From contig JAAPAO010000141.1 of assembly GCA_013115145.1 (NCBI GenBank), positions 1 to 64,000 of the forward strand: DNA of 64,000 nt. The letters run 5' to 3'. Source of the DNA: Perkinsus chesapeaki ATCC PRA-425. Its lineage: Eukaryota; Protista; Perkinsozoa. Position numbers and translations under genes: made by a program. How positions within the stretch are numbered: position 1 is the stretch's first letter; each line of letters begins with the position of its first letter. The notes beneath the pieces are model-generated. The model was not told the DNA's origin and made no database searches. It saw only the letters and a list, made by a program, of their open reading frames with translations. Of this stretch, positions 41,100 to 53,287 are shown piece by piece.

Positions 41100-43970
41100 G
41101 ACTTCTCATAAATCTAAGACGACATCAATAACAACAACTTTAAGGACTTTCTTACCACAACATCGCCCTTGGTTTCGGATGACTTGAGCTGTTTCTCCGG
41201 TTCTGGACCTTCGGGATCGGGGACTAATAATGTGTATCGATATTGATCAACATGAAATAATTTGCTTACATTCTTCCTCTTGGCCTTCACCTTGTTCACC
41301 CCCCAAGGCGCCAGCCGTCCCTGGCTCAGCTACTTTTTGACCTAAGGTCGATGACATGTTAATTTTGTAACGCCCAAAAGTTGATCATGCATTCGGTCTT
41401 ACCCGGGAAAAGCTTTTTGGCACTGTTGATGCCAGAAGCTATTTTATTAATAAATAACGACCCAGGAACAGATAGCTGAATTAAACTTGAACCTGAATAA
41501 TCATGTATAGGACAACGAGCAATGTGCGTACCATTAGTCTGCGGGGGAGGATCCCAATATTCTTCGGGGTGATCTTTTCCATCATCAACGGGACCTAATT
41601 TCGCCCAATATATTCAAAAATGTTTGGTTTATTATCTTACCGTTGGTTATTAAGGTATTTATCCTGATGGCATCAACCATAAGTGATAGTAGTGCAATGT
41701 AATAGATTGGTGACATTTATACAGTAATAGCTAATTGAGTAGTATCATATTAATACTTCTAAGCTTGTTCCCTAAACATCGCCAAGCCGATCGTAATGAT
41801 ATCTGCCAATTTGGGCGAGCGCCGCTCATAATGAGTTCTCTGGGCGCGCGCTTTTTACGTCAACTGAAAATAGAATGATTCTCGCTCGCCCAATGTTTTG
41901 TATGTGGTTGCTGGAGTACAGTAACTTGGGCAGGTTGAGGGTGTGTGGCCACATGGGAAATAGTAAGATACACCCGCGAGGAAGCGAGATGCACGAATTT
42001 ACTTGATAAAACTCAAGAATAGAAATATAAAAAGGATATTGATAATTATGACGATGAGAGATCGATGTTCTCCACGTATATAGCATCACGAGTCCCGATC
42101 TGAAAGGAAATGGAAAGTAAGGATCACTGCTAAGTTGGGTACCGGCTCCTCTTGTATTGTCTTTTCAGGTTCGGTCATCTCAAACTTTATCGGTCCATTG
42201 GCGTACTTGTCAGCTAAATCGGTTGGCACCTTACAAATATAAACTATAAATCTTCAAGGTTTTGGATTACTGTGAAATTTTTTGATTCCATCAACTGTGT
42301 GTAGCGTTGCTTTCGAGTTGTCACTTCATCAACTGAACACAACTAAATTAACACAACGTGTTGTCCCATGGCCCAGACCTACCATCGACCAAGGATGGCT
42401 GCGCGCTCAAATCAAAGTAGTTCTGCCTCGCTCTATCGACTATGCCATAAACGTCCAATTGATTAGCAGCTTCGGGGCCTGAGACTCTGTAGAAGAATGC
42501 TTTTAAGTAAAGGTTACCTAGTTGCTGTAGAATCGGTATTATAGAAGTGAAGGGTATAGAAGCTTCTTGCAACTGAGAAAGATATCATCAGAGAAATCAT
42601 GCTCCGCGGAGATACCTCATCAACCGCTGGAGGGGTGCCTAAATCGGATGAGCCAGTTTGATAAGGGTCAGCCGTGACATCGACAGTTGGAGATGGAGCT
42701 GTAACAGTGTCCTGAGAAATGAATAGGGAATGAAATAAATTTAAGTCACGTACCTTGGGTGGCATTTGTTCCCTCTGACGGGCTCCCATTGGACTTTGTT
42801 GTTGTTGTTGTTGAGGGGAGACGGTCATCGATTGTATTGCCTCTTGACCAGCCATTGTTGGTGGTGGAGTGCCACCAGAGCGCATGAGAGCTGCCTGGCG
42901 TGACTGAACCAATAGAACGAATGAATCACTCGAAGTGATATCGGAGTGATACATTGCAACTATTCGGTATAGTTATAATTTTGTTGGAAGGGACAGGTTT
43001 CCCAAGTCTTTTATTTCGGCGTTTCGGAGTTGAAAATTGTGCTCAATCTTGAGCTTAGGTAATACGGCTTACAAAAGACGCATAGTTATCATAAGTAAAT
43101 TATGTATGAATTGGGAGGCCCAAATGTAATGTCTGATAGTGTTGTGGACTTACATCAACCTCTAGGAACTTCTGAAGTACTCTGGTCCTCACGTCGGGTT
43201 CGATGGCCAAAACACCATCCATGTAACTAAAACCATGTACTAAATCTACTTAGCATCAAAGTGACGTATAACTCCACATCGTGTATAATATCGTTACTCA
43301 TGTCTGAATGTTTTTCTTCACTAAAGAGATACGATATCCCCAAAGTGTGCTGACACATTCATGTGTGAAGGTTACCCAGCGGATACACACAGACAGACGA
43401 CGGCCAGGGGTCACAAAAGAAATTTAATATTTCCAGAACTCTCGGTCTTAACGGATGCACTTGGAAGTACCTCTTCCACTAGGAACACATTACCAATTAA
43501 AACACTATTGTTTCATATTACACAATATTAACGCTTTCATGCTCGGTTGGGCCAGATTGAGCCCTATAGGTGATAGATGGGGAACTGCGCAACGCGGACA
43601 GTTTTTTCAATTTTGTCTATCCGGGATCCGTAAATGGGATAGTGCGTGAGTTTAAGGATAAGAGGATGCAATGTACTAACCTTTGAAGGCCCTTCTGACG
43701 CTCCTCGATGAAGTGCGGGTCCATTGTTCCCCATAGTTTCTTGCCTGGAATCTGAATACGTATATGCTTGTGAATGCATACCGATTACGCCGCTACTTTT
43801 GGTATGCGATCGGGATACTTCAACTTGAGATGGTCATGAAGTTCCCTAATTTCCCTGTAACGTCTGCTGACCGTCCATTTATCGCCGTTGGACAAGTTGC
43901 TCACTTCAATGAAATACTCGGTGTAACTGAGAGATTCTAAGACTATGTCGAGACGATGAACACGACTCAC
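41100..43970 (-). CDS. PX (Phox) domain protein; downstream exons to ~41100 probably belong to the same gene
   Basis: YTEYFIEVSN...WTVSRRYREIRELHDHLKLKYPDRIPK|FPGKKLWGTMDPHFIEERQKGLQ...VLAIEPDVRTRVLQKFLE is a complete PX signature. Confidence 0.75.
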
Positions 43971-44159
43971 CCGTCCTGAGAATTATTCCCGATAAATTTA
44001 GCTTTGAATCTTGGCAGTTGATAGGAAACTCCAGAGGGAAGCATTATTAAGGAAAGCTTCAAATAACATCGGCCACGATCGAACCACCCACTAATCGTAA
44101 CACAATAACATTCTTACTATACAATGTTTTGTAGTGTCGAGTGACAGTGAATACTTCTG

Positions 44160-44920
44160 CTGTCTGCGCTGCGCAGAAGTCGCTAGCATGCAGCTTGCAT
44201 GCTGCAGGGCACAAGTTCTAGACTATATACTAATAGTGTATATAAGATAATATATACTGTTGTATGTATTAGTCGGACTGTCCGACTTTAACATATACCG
44301 AGTCGATATAGTCTATGTGATAGACTTATATAGTCTATGAGGCTCTTTACATATTTCAGCATATTCGAGTGTTACAGTATTGAGGAGTTCACAAACCTAC
44401 AGTATCAGTGTTGACGGCTGTATGCAGTCAAACTCTGAAAAGCATCAAAGAGTCTGAGGAGCTCAAACTTAGCGCCCGAGGACCACAACTTAGAGTCTAA
44501 GCCTTAGGCGCTAAAGCTTCATGCCTTTGAAAAGTGTAACTAGCAAATATGCTACTACGTTGTACCCTCTTCAGCTGAGCCAACGCTTGCTATCAATAAG
44601 GTCAGTCGCCTCTGAGGAGTAATCAACTAAGAAGCCAGCCTGAAATGAACTAGAAAAATGAGGGTGAAAGTATGACAATGTAAGCTCAGAATTAGGTAAC
44701 CGGGAAACCGTAGCCCCAACCGGGTTACAGTCTGACAAGTTGTCAGTGGCAAGAATTGAATAATTCAGTTACTGAGTTTCAGTTCAGATTACTTACAATA
44801 AAGTTTGTTAAATGAACGTAACAATCTCAGTCATGAGTCTCACTTCTTGATCTCACTGAGTGAGTTCAACAAATAATACTGTTTATCCAAAATGCACCCA
44901 ATTGTCACTGACAATTTATC
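44160..44920. repeat. Island of short perfect inverted repeats, mostly with 1-nt spacer
   Basis: CTGCGC-T-GCGCAG 44164; AGCATGCA-GCT-TGCATGCT 44185; AGTCGGAC-T-GTCCGACT 44271; CTTAGA-G-TCTAAG 44489; CTGACAA-G-TTGTCAG 44732; CTCACT-G-AGTGAG 44852; AATTGTCA-C-TGACAATT 44900. Confidence 0.75.
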
Positions 44921-46249
44921 AGTTGCCAGTGGTACCTGGAACTTCATGGATCATTGATACCGCTGCGGCATCTTCGAAGACTTCAGCCTACTTTGATTCA
45001 AAGAAGGCCGTCAAGCTATGAGAGATTATCGTCACGGAGCGATTCAAAGTGGGTGAGTCCACAAGAATTCGACGTTAACAAATTGCACTACCCATCTACT
45101 TTTGGTCACGTAGCCCGCGATACAGCCGCACCGCTTAGTGGTTAAACCTTGTGCATCACACAAAGTACCAAAACAACAACCGTTCACGATAGTTGCCCTC
45201 ACCAAGTTGATGGTGGGTACGCGGAAGTTCCGCGGCGGAACTAGCCCTATAACGAGTACAGCTTTCTATTCCGCGCGGCACACCAGTGAAGATCCCATCT
45301 ACCGAAATAGGTACTCCGGTGGAGACATCATAACCCAGCAACCATCTGTGATACGATTGCTAAGCAATCATTGCTCAGCCAAAACCTACTGTTCTGCCTG
45401 CCACTCTAGATGCCCACGAACTTTGAAGCTAAACAAGTGTGAGTAAACCTACGACAGTACTATTGGCGCTATAGTGTTAAGCAATCTGACGACCAGCTTA
45501 CACACTCAGAGTGTAAGAAGAGTCGAACTACTTGTCAAAGAGTTTGACACTCTTTCCCCATCCTCAGGCCGATCCCGAAATGAGATGGTGCGGAGGTTCC
45601 GCAGCGGAACCGAGTTGCCAAGCTGGCAACCCGCCTTGCTTTGAGGTTAGCATTACCGATATGCCAACCTCAAACTTTGAGGCTCAAAGCCTCTTCGACA
45701 GGTTTATTGTCATATTTGTTGACGCCTGACATTCCCTGGTGTCGAAATAGATAACTGTGCCGCTTTCAGTCCAAACCTCAAAATGCTTGCTGGAGAATAC
45801 ACGCACATTTTAATGCACTGCGGGCACGGTAACCCCATACGCAATCCGTATTACGGATGGATCCGGTATTTTTATGAGATTTTTCGACCCTCACATATCA
45901 TACCCGTACATTTTCCAGCTCTCTTAGCTATACGGTATAGCCGATACCATCGACGAGTACTTCTGCTCTGTCAAGTACAGCGGGTGGTGGCTCATCTGAT
46001 GTGGGAAGGAGTATGAACAAATATGATAAGGCAACGACCAAGCCCCTCACGTGAGCGACATAGCAGAGATCTAGTACACCTGGTCCAGAACTACCACAGA
46101 GAAGTAGAGAGAAATATGTTCCCTTATAATAGATCGCTAGCTCTCTTAAACGCAAGAACAACTTATCCTTATTATACAATATTTGTTAATGTTTAGTGAC
46201 ATGTCGCTTCCCTAACATAGCAGATGTTGGAGAAGATGACGGCATTACA

Positions 46250-48130
46250 GACGCTGAAGAGGTGGTTGGTGCGCCGGACACTGATGGAGAAAAATGTATA
46301 TTCATACAAATATCATCATGCATTATGCAAAGAGCTTCTTCCTTCATCCTCACCCATATTAAACGCTTTAACTGCTCCTTCTAATGCATCCAATTTCCTT
46401 CCCAAAGTATCAACCTTCTTACTCGAGTTTTCCACCAACATTGACAAATGTGTGATATCTCTATGTCCCATTTGACTCGTACCTCACATAGTTCTTTAAT
46501 ATGAATCTTATACCGCATTCCTCACTAACTAGCTGCATACAGGACGCCAAAAACTCCGTCAATTTGATTTCTCCCGCCCCTGTCGGATCCATCAACGTGA
46601 ACAATCGCTCAGCATCCACCATTGGTATACCCAACGTTTCGAAATTCTCTTGAACCTGACGGCATCAAAAAAATGCCTATCATGGTTTTCTCCTGGAACC
46701 TCGCGCATTTTCCAGGCGGCCTTGAATTCGGCCTGGCTCAGAGTTCCAGATTGGTCAGCATCAGAAAGCTCAAAAATTCTCCTCAGAGAATTCGCTGCTG
46801 ATTTCTTCTCTTCTTCTTTAACCTGTTCTGCTTGTTCCTCGGTACCTAGCACAATCCTTCAATTTTGTATTTCCTTAATGATTCTTTCTACGTGTTGCAG
46901 TTCCCAAAGTATTTTCCACAATAACACCGACGACTATATTAAGCAGGCCGTATGTAGTCGAGAGGATTAATATCATAAAAATGAGACCCATCAGTGGTTG
47001 ACGGTGAATAACCTGAAGCAACAGGTAGATCGTCACCAGGGGAAGTTTTTGAGGTTTCGAGCAGTTACATGGCGAACAATACCGTCAGCCCAATTATCAA
47101 GGGTGATAATTTGCCATAGTGTAAGCATAGATCTCGGTACTGTACCAAAGTAGGTTGTATAAGGCCATTCTGTACCTTAGGGAATAAAGTAGCGAGTCCA
47201 CTAGGAACAGATTCTCATTGAAGAGATACGATAGTAAATACGAGCTAAGAGGGCGCCGCTCTGGTGGGATTTGTCGAGGCTATCTATGCCACTGGAAGAG
47301 TAGTGTAATAAGATAATGGGGAATACCATCGAATGAAACTGTTCCAAGATATGCCTCATGGTTCTGTCCAACCTGAATTGTGAGGAAAATTGCACAGACG
47401 TAGACAAGGCACACAAGGAAGACAGCCACCCACGCCAATGTTCGAACCTGAGAGGGACGACCTTGACGAAAATCGTCGTTATTACTACAAGCATACACTG
47501 TGTATTAAACCCTCAACGATGAGCCATAATTCCTTGAACATCCTCAATAGTCGAACAAATCGTACAAGCCTTAACATACGAACCACACGCAGGGTTGTCT
47601 GAGAAAGATACAGTGAGAAAGGACCCTCAAAGCAACTGGATTGCCGCGGTGTGCAAGTGTGAACAAGAAGAACAACACTTCGTAAGAACTTGTATATTAC
47701 CCTCCTACCAGAGCGCGAACATTTGATACGGCACATTCGCTGGCTAAAGTGAGAATCCAAGTATCCACGATGGCTAACCAAACCTAATAATGACATAGGA
47801 ATGTGGGCTAGGGCGGTGAAGATCTTACCAAGGCGAAATCGAGGATGTTCCAGGGATCCATAAAATAGGATAATCGATGAGTTTTCAGACGAAGAATCAT
47901 CTCCAATAGAAATACTACAGTGAAGACATTCTCACTGATATACCAGAACAGACGATCCTGATGAATATAACCAAATAACACATGCGTTTCATAGCGCATT
48001 CGAGAGGCGGTTGATGATGATGATGATGATCAGCGGAGGCCGCAAGTTGAGCTAAGATATTCTTATAAAATGAGGGATTTGGGCATCCCAGTCTGGGATG
48101 TCGTCCTGAACCAATTTCTACGAGGACCAA
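46250..48130 (-). CDS. Single-domain voltage-gated cation channel (Ion_trans) with C-terminal EF-hands; 5' exons may extend to ~48780
   Basis: S2/S3 ENVFTVVFLLEMILRL..YFMDPWNILDFALV; S4 LRVVRMLRLVRFVRLLRMFKEL; pore YFGTVPRSMLTLWQIITLDNWADGIVR; S6 LLNIVVGVIVEN; EF-hand DADQSGTLSQAEF. Confidence 0.9.
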
Positions 48131-49240
48131 TTAGCCGCTACTATCAGGTCTCCCTTTGCGGATAGCTTAGAAGCAGTGTGTCCATTCCCGTGGCGGCAAG
48201 ACTGCTCCATCGGGCCAGTCTTTAAGGACGCGGGAACCGACATGAAACATGATGTGAAAAAAAGAAATAGGCGACGAAGCAGCAGCATAGTAGAATGTCC
48301 TAGAAAGCATGCCTTCCGCCGTCGAAGTTCCGCACACAATCTCGTATACTCTTCAACATGCTTTATCATCGTATTGCCTACGAACGCATTTTAATCTCGC
48401 CAAGTGCGTAGCCAGGAGAACGGAGGATATCCTTTGAAAGCACCGCCGAGGCAACCGACAAAGTGACTACTTTTATCTCCTCTATTGGACTCTTGCATTG
48501 TACAGTAGATTGTGTAACACCTTCCTCGAGGAGTTTCTCTAAAATAGGATGATATTTCAGAAGCATTAATAACTTCCATTCTTCTACGTGTTGGATTATC
48601 ATCAGCCTCGATTCCAATGAATAACATATTAAGCACCTGATACGTTGAGTGATAACGCTTTTGGTAACGCTTGAGAATTCCGGTAATAATTCCTTCTATT
48701 GAGGATAGCTCATAATTTACATGGATGCACAATATTGTTATTATGTAGTGTATGAATAAGCTTGCCGCTACGTCAGGCACTTCTTTTAGGGACTATGATA
48801 TGGTTACAAGGAAGTGTGTATAAAGAGGCCAAGTGTTGGGTATTTTCACAGTTAGTTCTATCCACACTAACCCATCCCTCCCTCCCTCAGTGAGGATATA
48901 TATCATTTAATAGACCCTCCTCTCCCTAGTAGTACAATAAACAATCCAATAACAGCATTAAACTTAACTGTATCGACCATAGCTATTCTTTTAGGTTCAT
49001 GTTGTTGACCTAAATTAATAATATTAAACTATTTCTAAGATATTTCATCATCACCAATGAGATCGTCATATTCTTCATCACCACCCTTATAATCTTCTTT
49101 CATACCATACACTTTAGTCATACCCTTCTTTATTGTTATTAAGACTCAATAAAACTCAATCCTAGATCATCATCACTTCACATTGACATCGTTTTCATCA
49201 TTTAAAAACATGGGAAAGTTATGTAATTTATTATTATATT

Positions 49241-51253
49241 TTATTTATTATTCCCCTTTCCAGATTTCTTCTTCTTCTTAGCCTCCTTTTTAGCCTCTTT
49301 TCTAGCAGCCTTCTTCTGTTGCCTTTTACTCTTTGGATCGGCCTTCTGTCGCCCACTATTCTCCTGTTTTATCTTCTTCTCCTCCTCGCGTGTCAGTCCA
49401 CTTTTGGTTCCCTTTTTACCCTTTTTACCCTCTGCCTGCTGCTGCTGCTGCTGCTCGACCCCACCTTGTCTCTCTTGTTTCTGCTTCTTCTTTTTCCCTT
49501 TTCCGACTCTATTTGCTGATCGATCGAATGCCCCTGATATCCCCCCCTTCTTCCTCTTCTTCCCTGTGGCCAGTTCGGCGCCCTTTCCCTTCTCTTTATC
49601 AGCTGACTGATCGAATGCTCCCGACACCCTGTCATTTTCCCCCTTGACCAACTCGGAGCCCTCACCCTTCTTTTTATCAGCCGATACATCAAATGGCCCC
49701 GGCGGTAGCTTACTCATCTCACGTTTGACAGCAGCAGCATTACCATCAACCTTCTCGTTAGCTACTCGACTGGATGTTTCCCCTTCAATGTCTCCTCTAA
49801 TATTCTTCCTTGTTCCATCATCATTAGATGCTGCCTCCGATGACCCTTGCGAGGAGGTTTTGTCGCTCATCTTGCTTTGTCTATCAGCAGACCTATCGAA
49901 TGCACCGGACATTCTGCCTTCATTGAATGTGCTTGATGGTCTCTCATTATTATCGGTTCTTCTTTGACCCTTGCCATGATGACTAGTATCCTCTTGCTGC
50001 TGCTGCGGTCTATTCCTTCCATCATTCACTTCCTCTCTATTACCCCTTTGATTCATTACCTCTCTATTCCTTTCATCCATGTATTCTTCACTAGACTGCT
50101 GCTGCCCCTGCCCAGCTTCCTCAGCGTTACCATACTGTGATGATCCCTTATGCTGGGCCCCAGCCTTCCACTCATCCCCTCTATCAACCATCTTTCCGTT
50201 ATCATCACATTCAGTGCATTTTGTAAACAAATGTGTATGTTTATCATAAAACTCATACTCAGTCGAGCAGCACGCTGTTTCATCCAAATGAGCTGCCTTC
50301 CATTCCCTGAAACCAGTTTATATAACAATTTGGCGCCAACAACAATATAAAAGCTACAATGACGCCTCATAGACCAGATTATTGTCAGATCCTCTGAGAT
50401 TGGACGCTCCTTGAGGATCAGTGCATCCCTTCCCTCCACAGAGTTCATCTTCTATAAGCCATTCGCCAGCGTCAGGGTCGGAGTGAGCAGATTCCATTTG
50501 TTTGATAAGAGTTGGCCTGCCAGCTTTTATAAGCACCATACGCTGGTCCTCTTCCTCCTACTGTAAATGCCGAGCTTGCTCCATAATAGTCTTCCTTTGA
50601 TGATTCTTAAATCTACCGGTAGAGAACACTGGAACTTCACGTCTGAAAATAACATTATAAAACATATATCTATGTTATCTGTACATTGCTGGATCCTCGG
50701 GCTCAGGAACATCGATCGGCATAAACCTACTTTGATTACATAATAATATAATTACAAATACGACTACAAATCATTTCCAGATTGTTGGTCATTAGCTTCT
50801 GATCGTAAACCACTTTGGTCTGTCAGATCAGATCTGATAACAACCCTAACCTCAGCAAGGACAACAACACGTTACTTTTCATTAGACCTTTGTGATGATG
50901 AGGATGATGTACTCCTACTCCTACTACTAGTGCTTGTTGTTGATGATGTTCTCCGACTGCTGAATGCATCCCCATTAGTTCGGCCCCTTGACTTGGCCGT
51001 GTATGCCCCTCTGCCCTCCTCCTCATTAACACCCTTCTGGTTGCCTTTGTTCTTTTTACGTCTTCTACCAGCTAATCTAGAAATACCGTATACATATCTT
51101 ATTAATAAATGACATTACATTTCTATTGGATGCATCATTAATAGCAGTGATGTCATCCATAATATGGATGATCGCATGAATGATGATTATAATAAATTTA
51201 AATAATAAAGTTCTTCCACTAAAAGGAATAACCTTATCATCAAGTCTCGCCAT
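49241..51253 (-). CDS. Hypothetical protein with a Cys-containing middle and long Gln/Lys-rich low-complexity tail; 5' exons approximate
   Basis: 348-aa open terminal exon with SGAFD[RQ]SA[DN] repeats and a KKEAKKEAKKKKK tail; upstream short exons. Confidence 0.6.
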
Positions 51254-51436
51254 GGAAAGGGGGATCTCAACTCAAACGCGGTAGTGCACTCCGTCTCGTC
51301 TCTGGGCCGGGGCGAGCGCTATCAATGTTGTATGTTGTCACGTCGACCGTGACGTGGTGGTTAATCTGTCTATTAGGTTGTCAACTCGGCGTTCATCCAA
51401 TTGGTGACTGATTATTATAGATTATTGTTACTTATA

Positions 51437-53079
51437 ATGTTACCATTGCAAAAGCCTAATGAGGTCGGCAAGGTGGGTGACGTCATTTCTGATTGAAAAA
51501 GCGTATTTCGCTATTCCTTGTAGGCCCTTCTCGTCCCTGATGCCGCAACGCCTGCTAACTCATCATCAGTCTACACTAGATATCTGAGTCAATTCTATAA
51601 AACCAAGCTGTGCAAGTAAGGGGCATCCTAGTGTTATATCAAATGTTAGCTTCAACCTTAGATACCATGTTGAAGGCTATTGTAATCGTGGAGATAACTG
51701 CACACATGCCCACAGTATGATGACGTTACTAATGTCCATTCCCATAACTTTTTAGGCGTATCTGAGCTCGAATCGCAGCCTAATCTTTCTCGAGCTAGGA
51801 TGTGCCGCATACTCTTGCAGAAAGGTCACTGTGATGACGTTGATTGTGCTTATGCACATGACCTTGATACGGTAAACAACGAGCAGGATCTCTGAGGAAT
51901 CTTTGAGGATTCCCTATAGGTTAATTCGATTACCCTCATTTTCTAGGTTAAGTCCGCCAACGCCTTTTTCCGCACCAAACTATGTGATTTCGCAAAGAAA
52001 GGCCATTGCAAGCTCGGTGATAAGTAAGAGGGCTCTGCCCAAGTTAGTTGGTATCATTCTATTGATCAGATGTCGATACGCTCACTGCGAATCCGAGCTT
52101 ATTAGAGATGATTCGGGTTTTGATGATACAGGCAATTATGGATTACAGAAAGCTCATACTGTGGATACTCTTGACGAGCCAACACGTGATAGAAAGTTGG
52201 CTGCCATACATGGTAGACAGCGAAGGAAAAGGTATAGTTAATAATTATGCTCACAATAAATTTACTATCAGGCGTGGTCGTATGAATAAAGCTCATACCG
52301 CTCCTCTAATTGATAGTCCAAAAATGGATGGTAACACCCTCGTATGATGGTAGTTTAATAACCTCATTAGGTCATCGCCCGCCCGAAGTATTACCATTAA
52401 CCACTGCTCGAAAAGAAAATATTGCTCACACTTTTTTCCAACGGCCCCCTCCCGTTGACACTGGTGTAGATGCTATCTCAGGCAAGAAACAGCAAGAAGA
52501 ACAATATCATCAAATAATATATAATAAACGATATGTAAGTGATTTTATTATTTATTATTATTTTATTATTAGTCTGATATCGATTATAAAGATGAGATGG
52601 TATCTGGGGGTAGTACCATTGATCCTCCTACTTCTTCATGTATGTACTATTATTATCCTTCTCCTTTACCGGGGTTTACCGGTATTCCGTATGGTGGACC
52701 ATTTTCCAACAATACTCGTCCGCAACAAGAAGGATCGAGGAATAATATTCCTCAATATATCCCACCACAGGGTCCTCCTCCTCCTACTAGTGGTGCTTCA
52801 ACACCATGTATGATGTATATGGTTCCAGTACCAATGTCGCTGCCACAAGATTCCGCCAGACACTTTTCTGACCACCACCACCTTACAAGTGATGCTAGGA
52901 ACAGCAGCCGTAACGGTAATAATAACAAATACGTTTCGTTTTGTTTGATATTATTTACTTCAGTTTGCACAGCAGACAAGTCACGTAGCGGTCTCATGTT
53001 TGGTGGTGCATACGAGCTGATCAACAACTCGACTTGGTCGTCGTCGTCGCCGGTTGTTGTTAAGGATGATAAGCATTAA
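51437..53079 (+). CDS. Tandem CCCH zinc-finger protein
   Basis: QFYKTKLCK; RMCRILLQKGHCDDVDCAYAHD; FFRTKLCDFAKKGHCKLGDK|CRYAH; Pro/Tyr-rich low-complexity C-terminus. Confidence 0.87.
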
Positions 53080-53287
53080 AAGATATATATGTTTTATGAG
53101 TAGTTGCCCCAACGTTAGGCGTACTCATGTTTGACAGTTTCCTTCTGCTACCATTATTCCTCAATATCTTTTTAAATCGGACCGGTTCGTTTCTATTCCT
53201 TCTCAATGAGGCTTGTCATTTCATACATATCACCAGCGTTATATTATTGAGTTTAGTAAGCTAATAATATAGCTCATACAAGGATTA

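Noticed and set aside
43196-43204. GGGTTCGAT outside the B-box domain
   Set aside because: Coding in the PX gene (AIEPD); lacks the downstream CC, 12-nt spacing and T-run.
44707-44715. ACCGTAGCC matching the SL 5' end
   Set aside because: 9-nt match only; not followed by ATYTTGGCTCAAG.
44950-45800. Short ORFs on both strands next to the palindrome island
   Set aside because: No consistent exon chain or recognisable domain; cannot support a gene or transposon call.
47440-47449. B-box-like GTTCGAACCT in the channel gene
   Set aside because: Inside the coding exon QVRTLAWV; no tRNA-end geometry.
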